From Candidatus Lokiarchaeum ossiferum (GTDB taxonomy: Archaea; Asgardarchaeota; Lokiarchaeia; Sigyniarchaeales; Promethearchaeaceae), in contig CP104013.1 in the NCBI GenBank assembly GCA_025839675.1, forward strand, positions 30,001-62,000: a DNA stretch of 32,000 nt, read 5' to 3'. The position numbers were made by a program, and so were the translations under genes. Below, piece by piece: positions 9,017 through 16,173 of the stretch (position 1 is its first letter; every line of letters begins with the position of its first letter). The notes under the pieces are model-generated. The model saw only the letters and a program-made list of their open reading frames with translations. It was not told where the DNA came from and ran no database searches.

Positions 9017-9050
9017 TACCTAAATACCACTGAAGTGGAGGTTTATCATG
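9017..9050 (-). promoter_or_regulatory. degenerate third copy of the CATGATAAA-N17-TTTAGGTA upstream element
   Basis: On the plus strand, TACCTAAA (9017-9024) and TTTATCATG (9042-9050) are separated by exactly 17 nt. The same spacing is seen at 25092-25125 and 29137-29170. The element lies 28 nt upstream of ATG 8989. Confidence 0.45.
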
Positions 9051-9195
9051 TATTGACTCAGTGAATCAGCTCAGATAATCGCAGTGGATTATTCAGGTCT
9101 ATATAATCAGAGCTAAAATTGGTATATAAGTGGTTCTGAACCAATGGTGCCTAAAAGGAACTAAAATAAAAAAAGGGGAAATCGTTAGTAAAAGA

Positions 9196-9699
9196 TTAGG
9201 ATTGTGTAGTGACGTTCTCCTCAGTGATCGGAGCAATAATTTTTGCTTTCCCCTTCTTTGAGATGATTTTCGCTGTAATATTCCAAAGAATCCAAAAAAA
9301 AATGAATCCTCCTAACCCTCCTAATAAAATGTAAATAAAATTAAAGTAATAATCAGCCATACTTCCCGAAAAAAAAGCCACAGTACCGATCGCTACTGAT
9401 ATGAATAAGAACAATGATAGTATTTTTGCTGTATAAAAGCTACCCAGGAGGAATTTTGAAATTTCTTGGTTACAGGCTTCGCATAAGTCTCCCTTCTTAC
9501 ATTTTTTGCAGATTCTTTTTTCACAGCACAGACATTTCCTAGGTCCAGCCGTGGGAAGTATCCCTAAACCTTTCAAAAACATGAAAAAAGCGGGTCCTGG
9601 AATAAAAGATCCATTGGGTGTTGATCTCCCTGTATGTTGTTTGTAAGTGGCCAATTTACCGCAAGTGCATCTATAGCTATATATTGAGTTGTCCATCAT
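9196..9699 (-). CDS. Cys-rich (zinc-finger-like) N-terminal domain protein with two C-terminal TM helices
   Basis: CTCG ... CLCCEKRICKKCKKGDLCEAC cysteine cluster, followed by the hydrophobic helices ILSLFLFISVAIGTVAFF and ILLGGLGGFIFFWILWNI. Confidence 0.7.
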   Translation of the reverse strand: MMDNSIYSYRCTCGKLATYKQHTGRSTPNGSFIPGPAFFMFLKGLGILPTAGPRKCLCCEKRICKKCKKGDLCEACNQEISKFLLGSFYTAKILSLFLFISVAIGTVAFFSGSMADYYFNFIYILLGGLGGFIFFWILWNITAKIISKKGKAKIIAPITEENVTTQS

Positions 9700-9974
9700 T
9701 TATCCTTTCTTTTAGTATTGCTGATAAGAATCTTTCTATACAAAGAAAAAATCCTCACCATATAAATTGATCTTAGATGCTTGTTTAAAATTAGCACCAA
9801 CTGATTCACACTTTGTTTCTCAACAGATTTATATAATTCATCTTCTTTTATACTTCCATTCGATATGAAAATGGATTTAAATTGAATCGAAAATTTGAAA
9901 AGTTGAACATTGAAGAATGCTTTCTCATACAAAATAAGCAGTGTAAGTACTACGTATGATACTTTAAATTCCAT
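9696..9974 (-). CDS. doubtful small ORF (92 aa)
   Basis: The stop overlaps the start of 9196-9699 (ATGA). Composition is low-complexity. Only 35 nt separate its start from the divergent gene at 10010. Confidence 0.25.
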   Translation of the reverse strand: MEFKVSYVVLTLLILYEKAFFNVQLFKFSIQFKSIFISNGSIKEDELYKSVEKQSVNQLVLILNKHLRSIYMVRIFSLYRKILISNTKRKDK

Positions 9975-10009
9975 AAATCTGTTATTGTCTTCATCGAAGG
10001 TAGTTAACT

Positions 10010-10765
10010 ATGCCAGATCTTCCCTTTGATTCTAAAATTGCTGTCGATTCCGTGACTGAATCCGATTCTAAGGATATCTTTATTCTCGAAAATTATGCCA
10101 AACGAACGGAAGTGACTCAAAGGGGAGGAGGGGGCATTGTTTCCGTGGTAATAATAGCGATCATGCTGTTGGCCTATTCATTTTTTGTGAATGAATTTCC
10201 AATCTTACGCACTATTTTAATTGTTTTTTTCTTGCTTCTTCTTGTTTACCTCATTATTGCCCGATTTACAAACATTATATCTGAGAGTATGCATTTTATT
10301 TTGAGTAAACAACTTTTTTCCCCCTTTCATTATATAATTTTGAAATACCGTTATCACGTTATTTCCCATAAAACTTTACGTCAAAAAACTTTTGCGCCAT
10401 ATAATGAGGTAAATCAGTCTTTCTTCATCCTCCTTTTGAAATATCTTGCGAATAATCCTTCTTATCTGCATCAATTGGGACCAAAAGTCCAGCAGTTAAT
10501 AATTCGTTGTAAGGAAAAAAACTATGACTTAAGTGCCTTAAATGATGTTTTTGATTATTATACCTACACGACTGAGGAACTCCTTAACCAATATTTGAAT
10601 CATCATCCAGTTTCAGCCAATCGTCGAGAACGCATCATTTATGAAGCGGATATGACCGATCGTCATTTGTTAGAGCGTGAATTACCCGTTAGTGATCCGT
10701 TACTCAAAGAAATTTATGATCATGATCACATTGGGCTCACAAACGGCTTTGGGATATTGAAATAA
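10010..10765 (+). CDS. uncharacterised membrane protein, tandem family copy 1 (2 TM plus a conserved ~150-aa C-terminal domain)
   Basis: 251 aa. Shares with copies 2 and 3 the N-terminal S(D/E)SKD motif, two TM helices, (K)(Q/R)(L/F)F(S/T)PFHY.IL(K/E)(K/Y)(K/R)YH, QLGP..QQLI, and ERI(V/I)(F/Y)EADMTDR(H/Q).LEREL...DPLL.EI. Confidence 0.8.
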   Translation: MPDLPFDSKIAVDSVTESDSKDIFILENYAKRTEVTQRGGGGIVSVVIIAIMLLAYSFFVNEFPILRTILIVFFLLLLVYLIIARFTNIISESMHFILSKQLFSPFHYIILKYRYHVISHKTLRQKTFAPYNEVNQSFFILLLKYLANNPSYLHQLGPKVQQLIIRCKEKNYDLSALNDVFDYYTYTTEELLNQYLNHHPVSANRRERIIYEADMTDRHLLERELPVSDPLLKEIYDHDHIGLTNGFGILK

Positions 10766-11047
10766 CAAATTAAATCTTCGAGTTCAAGAACTTGAGAACA
10801 GCGGAAAAAAATTTTCAAAAAATATCTACTGTTCCCGTTTATTCTGAGTTAGTCAAAAAGATAGTGGAAAATTTTAAAAAACTTATTGATTAAGTAATAA
10901 TAGGTTGGATGAGAAATTTTTCCCAAATATCATATAGAAACGGATTTATCTGATAATTCCCCTTCAGATTCTAAGGATGCTGCATTTATCGAAGACACAG
11001 AAAATAAAACCTCTCGGGGAAGTAGGTTTGGTTGTTTTGGATGGATT

Positions 11048-11650
11048 GTGGCCTGGTCCTTGGTTTTTATTTTAATCCCAGAAATTCCTTTGTTATTCTA
11101 CGGTTCAATTGTGATTGTCGGGGGAAGCATTTTTTATTTGATATGCCGCCAAATGTATCGGCTTTACCGCAACACCCCCCAATTTATTTTGAAAAAACGG
11201 TTTTTTTCCCCCTTTCATTATTTCATTCTCGAAAAAAAATATCATATGTTTTCAAATCAAGTGGTCCGACAGAAAATGTTAGTCAAATATAATCAGGTTA
11301 ATCAATCTTTTTTCAAACTTTTTATTGAGTATTTATCCCAACATCCCGAATTTTTGCAACAACTGGGTCCTACTGCTCAAAAATTGATTCTTCGATGGAC
11401 AGAAGATCCTTTTGAGGTAAAGCATTTACTGGCGATCTATGATTATTATAATTTGCTAACGGATGAATTGATAAGTCGCTATCTTCAAGGAATACCTCTA
11501 AGTGCAGACCTTCGTGAACGCATTGTATTTGAAGCAGATATGACCGATCGACAGTACCTCGAACGAGAATTACCTTCCAAGGATCCATTGTTGCTTGAAA
11601 TCCAAAAACACGATGAAATAGAAACACCAGAATTTTCGATATTGAGATAG
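11048..11650 (+). CDS. uncharacterised membrane protein, tandem family copy 2; N-terminus displaced by a 1-nt frame shift (possible pseudogene or truncated start)
   Basis: The ORF track starts at GTG 11048, inside the first TM helix. The same frame is open from 10913 and encodes family-homologous residues (EIFPKYHIETDLSDNSPSDSKDAAFIEDTENK...FGWI) with no ATG/GTG/TTG. ATG 10909 is one base out of frame. Confidence 0.65.
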   Translation: MAWSLVFILIPEIPLLFYGSIVIVGGSIFYLICRQMYRLYRNTPQFILKKRFFSPFHYFILEKKYHMFSNQVVRQKMLVKYNQVNQSFFKLFIEYLSQHPEFLQQLGPTAQKLILRWTEDPFEVKHLLAIYDYYNLLTDELISRYLQGIPLSADLRERIVFEADMTDRQYLERELPSKDPLLLEIQKHDEIETPEFSILR

Positions 11651-11917
11651 AAATTCACAATTCACTACAATAAAAAAAGATTCTTTCTATGAAGATCATT
11701 GTTGTTATCCATTTTTTACTCAATACTTCTTCCAAAACGTACTGAGATTAGAATGCCACTTGAATATCTATCCCCAAACCTATAGTATACCATGAATAGA
11801 ATTGTTGAATATAAATTATTTGTCCAAAAATATTTAAGAGTTCAAATTTAAGAATCATACGAGGGATGGAAGATAAACCAACCACCAAAAGAAATTATTA
11901 AGGAAAATGCTGAGAAA

Positions 11918-12619
11918 ATGCTCTCTGAATCAAAAGATGAAATCACAATTGAAAATGAAAATGATCAAATTGTCTTTAAAAGAGATTATCGCATCTTAAA
12001 ATTGATTTTTGGCTGGGTAGTATTCCTAATTATTGTAATTTATCTTATATTGCGAAATTTTCATATTGTTTTGCTAATTGTTTATGGATCTGGATCAATT
12101 ATTCTGATTGCAGTGTATAAAAGGTTTCGTTCCATTCATGAAGATGCTTTCTTCATATTGAAAAAACGATTCTTTACCCCTTTTCATTATAGTATTTTGA
12201 AAAAGAAGTATCATGTATTCACTCATAAAACAGTTCAGCAAAAAGCTCTTGCTCGCTATAATCAATCAAATCAACCTTTTTTTACTGTTTTAATCGTATA
12301 TTTGGCAAATCACGCCAAATATTTGCAACAACTGGGTCCAACTGCACAGCAATTGATTGCTAAATGCAAAAAGATCAAGTATAATATGCAAAATTTATCC
12401 TCGGTTTATGATTACTATCACTACAGGACGGATGAATTGATCAGTTTGTATATCCAGGGCGTCCCTCTTAGTGCAAATCTTCGGGAACGCATAGTATTTG
12501 AAGCGGATATGACCGATCGACACTACCTTGAACGCGAATTGACTTCCAAGGATCCTTTACTTATTGAAATCCAGAAACACGATAAAATAGAAACACCAGA
12601 GTTTTCGATTTTGAGGTAA
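11918..12619 (+). CDS. uncharacterised membrane protein, tandem family copy 3
   Basis: 233 aa. The 3' ~140 nt is very similar at the nucleotide level to copy 2. The invariant 20-mer GAAGC(A/G)GATATGACCGATCG is present in all three copies (10643, 11531, 12500). Confidence 0.8.
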   Translation: MLSESKDEITIENENDQIVFKRDYRILKLIFGWVVFLIIVIYLILRNFHIVLLIVYGSGSIILIAVYKRFRSIHEDAFFILKKRFFTPFHYSILKKKYHVFTHKTVQQKALARYNQSNQPFFTVLIVYLANHAKYLQQLGPTAQQLIAKCKKIKYNMQNLSSVYDYYHYRTDELISLYIQGVPLSANLRERIVFEADMTDRHYLERELTSKDPLLIEIQKHDKIETPEFSILR

Positions 12620-12703
12620 TAATGGTGATGATAAAATGACTCCATTTTGGTTAATCAAATTCTATTAATATGGCGGAAAACGTATTTTTCACCTTTTTTT
12701 TGC

Positions 12704-12721
12704 TAAATAGTAATATTTAGA
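12704..12721. promoter_or_regulatory. isolated palindromic 18-mer CTAAATA-GTAA-TATTTAG (distal copy of the 13155-13246 repeat)
   Basis: Identical to the 18-mer at 13169-13186. It has 7-nt perfect inverted arms. Confidence 0.55.
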
Positions 12722-12887
12722 CTTCAAATCACTATCTAATTGCGTAAATCAAGCTAAAATTTTTATTTTTCGTGCTCCCCTCCGGGGAAATTTAGTTTAG
12801 CAAAACTAATCTGTGTTATCTATGTATTATTGCGATCATTATTAGATGGTAATGTCTTTCATATTCAGATCGTGATTGGAGAATAGT

Positions 12888-13112
12888 ATGGACTTGGAAT
12901 CATCTTCCGCGCAACATGCCGTTTACTTTGACCTCTCAGGAGATGAAATTTATATCAATTTTAAGGAACATTTGGATGAAAATCACGCCTTCAAACAGAT
13001 GATTCAGGTTCAAACTCAACAAAATAACCGGATCAATATTGATCTCATGGACAATAACAATCAAATCCAACTAAACACCTGCAACCTGAAAAAAATACTC
13101 AAACACTTTTAA
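12888..13112 (+). CDS. small hypothetical protein (74 aa)
   Basis: The ORF is open from TTG 12876. ATG 12888 is preceded by GGAG (12877-12880). No motif recognised. Confidence 0.4.
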   Translation: MDLESSSAQHAVYFDLSGDEIYINFKEHLDENHAFKQMIQVQTQQNNRINIDLMDNNNQIQLNTCNLKKILKHF

Positions 13113-13154
13113 AATATCTTCCAAGTTATTGGAGTTATTTCATTGGCTTCTTAA

Positions 13155-13246
13155 ATAGTAATATCTTACTAAATAGTAATATTTAGTTTTTATAGATAGT
13201 AATATTTTCAGAATAGTAATATTTATATATTTGAATAGTAATATTT
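13155..13246. repeat. array of five direct copies of ATAGTAATAT(T/C)T (operator- or iteron-like)
   Basis: Copies start at 13155, 13173, 13196, 13213 and 13235 (spacing 18, 23, 17, 22 bp). The array ends 7 nt before GTG 13253. Confidence 0.8.
13222..13229 (+). promoter_or_regulatory. TATA-box-like TTTATATA, positioned for a leaderless transcript of gene 13253-13807
   Basis: The box is centred ~27 bp upstream of GTG 13253, matching the usual archaeal TATA-to-TSS distance. It is flanked by repeat copies 4 and 5. Confidence 0.45.
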
Positions 13247-13252
13247 TAATTT

Positions 13253-13807
13253 GTGGCAGAAGAAGATCCAATCATTTTACCAGACCTACCGCAAGAGAAT
13301 AAAACTCGACATAGAGATCCCAAAGGGAATGAGTTACAAGTTTATGAATTTCTCCGTTCGATCGAAGGTCCAGCTTCCTTCCACGAGATTCAAACAGCAT
13401 TATCTATGACTCCCGGGGCACTTCAAGCCACGATCAAACGGAGTTTGGATAGAAAAGCCGATTATCAGATTTTTGAATCATCCATGATCTCCCCCAAAAC
13501 AAACCGAAAAATACGGATTTTTTCTTGGAATCCCGAGATTTTACCTGAACCTGAAGATGTTATTGATACGGGGATCTTTTCTGGAAAAATGATAGATACA
13601 CCAGACAAAACCGCCAAGATATTACCTTTAAGGATGGAAAACCCAACCGTAGAGATCTTGAATAACTTAGTTGATCTTGTGCCCGATTATGCCAATATCG
13701 GGGAATTATTTTCCCTGGCCATTACACAATACTTGCGATCAATACCCAACGATCTTATCTTGCAAGCGTTAAATAAAGACCTACCGGAGGATCAAGAAAA
13801 TGAGTAA
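13253..13807 (+). CDS. winged-helix-like DNA-binding protein (184 aa)
   Basis: GTG start. The segment ELQVYEFLRSIEGPASFHEIQTALSMTPGALQATIKRSLDRKADYQIFES resembles a wHTH. GC content is visibly higher than in neighbouring DNA. Confidence 0.7.
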   Translation: MAEEDPIILPDLPQENKTRHRDPKGNELQVYEFLRSIEGPASFHEIQTALSMTPGALQATIKRSLDRKADYQIFESSMISPKTNRKIRIFSWNPEILPEPEDVIDTGIFSGKMIDTPDKTAKILPLRMENPTVEILNNLVDLVPDYANIGELFSLAITQYLRSIPNDLILQALNKDLPEDQENE

Positions 13808-14213
13808 AGATGATTTTAACATTAACATTGATTTTGATGCCCTGACTGCTCCTTCGAAACCCGCTAAAAAAACTAAACCTCGGAAAAAGCGCTCTTCGAA
13901 CAAGGGAAAGAAACCCCCATCTCAATCCCGTCCGGTGGCAACCAAACCTCCGATTGATCCAAATATGACGGTTCAAATCAATTTGGATGGGGAAGCAATT
14001 CCTAAATCTCGTCCAAAACATCGAAAAGTGCGTTCGATTATCGATCCTGCCTATGTGAATGAAGTGAATTATAGTAGTAAACCAGGAAAAATTACGATTG
14101 AAATTTCGTATTCTCCAAAAGAAGGGCGTGATTACCGGCAAGGGGCGAACTATTCCAAATTTAGTAGTGAAGATGTGGCCATGGCACGACGCCTATTGGA
14201 ACGTTTTGGTTGA
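13800..14213 (+). CDS. basic Lys/Pro-rich hypothetical protein (137 aa)
   Basis: ATG 13800 overlaps the upstream gene by 8 nt. GGAGGAT (13786-13792) lies 7 nt upstream. The N-terminal half is PAKKTKPRKKRSSNKGKKPPSQSRP... (disordered, basic). Confidence 0.7.
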   Translation: MSKDDFNINIDFDALTAPSKPAKKTKPRKKRSSNKGKKPPSQSRPVATKPPIDPNMTVQINLDGEAIPKSRPKHRKVRSIIDPAYVNEVNYSSKPGKITIEISYSPKEGRDYRQGANYSKFSSEDVAMARRLLERFG

Positions 14214-14383
14214 TCACTTAACATTTCATAACCTTTTTAATCAAATGACGATATATTCCATTTTTAAATCAAGTCAAATTTATTTTTTTCTTCTTATCCT
14301 TCATGATTTATAATAAAAATGAGTTTTGCAATTACTCATAGCATAATTTATGGCTTTAAATAATCTCATAGCAAAATAAATAT

Positions 14384-15883
14384 GTGCTTTCCCAAAAAAA
14401 GATAGAAACTCGCATCAAACAAGTTGCAAATAGCTACCAGAAATTTTTATTCCAAACAGAATCTCCGAAATTGCTAAGGAGTTGTCAGTTTGTTTACCAT
14501 CTTATTAGAAATATTGCTCTGTTTCGAGCCAAAATAATTCGAAATATTGATATTCTGATTGAAAATGTTGAAGATTCTAATGATAAATATTTTTTAATCG
14601 TATTTCGGGATTTGATTTTATTTTATCGTCCTCGTATACTATTTGTTTTTCAGCGGAAAGTGAAAGAGAAAATTAAATTTCCAGACGGAACCAAAAAATC
14701 TCTTGGAGAAACGGAGTCGATTCTTTTATATTCGTCTAAAGAGAAGAATTCCCAAGTCTTGGATGGCTATATTAAGATCAAAACACACCATGCTTTTGAT
14801 AATCTATCCATTGTTAATAGAATGCATCAATACGCAAAACGAGCGGGATGTTCTTCTTATATGGAGTTGTTCCTAAAAAATTCCGATTTGAATCCAATCA
14901 AATTAAAAAATGCGTGTGAAGTAATAATAGAGCAAACCATGGAGACTTATCGGGTTCTTTTATCAAAATTACTCCAATTTTTCTACCGCAAAACTATCGA
15001 TGAAGCCAATTTGACAGATATTTGGAATATATTTGCTGAACAGTTCAAAATTTCAGATAATTTCGAGTTCAAATCTGTTGAAAAATTGCTTTTTGAATTA
15101 CCCATGGTCAAGTTCCTTTGTCCTAATCCAAAAATATCTTTTCAAGTAGATTACAATCATAAAAATTGTTTAACTGGAATCGTTAACGATAGGCATCAAT
15201 TAAAAATTAAAATACAAATGACTAAATCTAAGGAATCTGCGAGTTTAAATGGAATTTTTCATGAATATGGTCATGCAATTCATTTATTGAATGTAAATGG
15301 TGAAAATGATCCTCTTTTTCCACTTATAGCGGATTCAACGATTACAGAAACGATTGCTTTTTTATTTGAATCCCTTGTCTTGGAAGAAAAAATCAACTCA
15401 AAAATACCAATGAAAGAAGAAAATCGAAAGGAAATCCTTAAATTTTTTTTGTTATTTCGCTGGCTTTATCGATTAAGAAAATCCGCTCTTCATTACATTA
15501 CTAGATACGAAATTTTATCACATCCTGAAAATTTAAACTTCAATTCCTTGAAACAAATTCAAGTTAACGTAAAATCACTTTATAAGCAGTTTTTTTTGAT
15601 AGATCATCCTTGCTATGATTTCTTAGATAATATTAATGAGAATTTCTTTTTAGATGCTAATTATTTGAGGGCTCATATCATGTGTTTTAAAATCCGCTCT
15701 TCTCTTGTAAATAATTTCGGGGATGATTGGTGGGAAAAAGAAGAAACGGGTAAGTTTTTACAAGAAAAGTGGTTTCAATATGGATTTAGTCTCCCAATGA
15801 TCGATTTAATTCCCAATCTAAGCAGGGATATCTATTCTCCTTCTAAGATAATTACTGCATTCCAATCTGATTTTATTTGTTAA
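14384..15883 (+). CDS. divergent M3-like (oligoendopeptidase F / thimet-like) zinc metallopeptidase
   Basis: HEXXH in IFHEYGHAIH, followed ~25 aa later by TITETIAFLFESL. This matches the M3 arrangement HExGHxxH ... E(A/V)xSxxxE as I recall it. GTG start. Confidence 0.7.
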   Translation: MLSQKKIETRIKQVANSYQKFLFQTESPKLLRSCQFVYHLIRNIALFRAKIIRNIDILIENVEDSNDKYFLIVFRDLILFYRPRILFVFQRKVKEKIKFPDGTKKSLGETESILLYSSKEKNSQVLDGYIKIKTHHAFDNLSIVNRMHQYAKRAGCSSYMELFLKNSDLNPIKLKNACEVIIEQTMETYRVLLSKLLQFFYRKTIDEANLTDIWNIFAEQFKISDNFEFKSVEKLLFELPMVKFLCPNPKISFQVDYNHKNCLTGIVNDRHQLKIKIQMTKSKESASLNGIFHEYGHAIHLLNVNGENDPLFPLIADSTITETIAFLFESLVLEEKINSKIPMKEENRKEILKFFLLFRWLYRLRKSALHYITRYEILSHPENLNFNSLKQIQVNVKSLYKQFFLIDHPCYDFLDNINENFFLDANYLRAHIMCFKIRSSLVNNFGDDWWEKEETGKFLQEKWFQYGFSLPMIDLIPNLSRDIYSPSKIITAFQSDFIC

Positions 15884-15970
15884 ACCCAAATTTCCAAAAA
15901 ATAATCGTGGTTTTTAAATCCTCGTCATATCCAATATTACTGTTTGATCAGTTTGGAGGTGCAAAAAACA

Positions 15971-16012
15971 ATGTATGGTCCATGGGGTAAACCAATTCCA
16001 CCACGATATTAA
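15971..16012 (+). CDS. candidate 13-aa micro-ORF MYGPWGKPIPPRY
   Basis: GGAGGTG (15955-15961) lies 9 nt upstream of the ATG. The stop is TAA. A T9 run at 16034-16042 follows. Too short to call confidently. Confidence 0.2.
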   Translation: MYGPWGKPIPPRY

Positions 16013-16033
16013 CTTTAGCACTTATAATGCTTC

Positions 16034-16042
16034 TTTTTTTTT
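16034..16042 (+). terminator. oligo-T (T9) tract
   Basis: It follows the peptidase gene and the micro-ORF, and precedes the promoter region of the GTPase gene. Confidence 0.4.
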
Positions 16043-16173
16043 CTTAAAATTTTAATTGATTCTATTCTTCTTCTTGGAATTATTAATGTGAGAAGCTATT
16101 CAGACAGCAAATCATGGTAAATATTTATTAAAACGTAATCAAATATTTGTATAACAAGAAAAGGAAAATACAG

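Noticed and set aside
12625-12631. C/D-box sRNA (GTGATGA C-box-like heptamer downstream of paralog 3)
   Set aside because: No CTGA D box or C'/D' pair occurs at an appropriate distance (about 50-70 nt) downstream.
13155-13246. Possible CRISPR array, given the regularly spaced repeats
   Set aside because: The repeat unit is only 12 nt, the spacers are 5-11 nt and AT-rich, there are only 5 clustered copies, and no cas genes are present. This fits operator or iteron sites, not CRISPR.
13253-13807. ESCRT-II / Vps25-like tandem winged-helix protein
   Set aside because: Only one wHTH-like segment is apparent, and there are no ESCRT-III/Vps4 neighbours. The repeat array upstream argues for a DNA-binding regulator.
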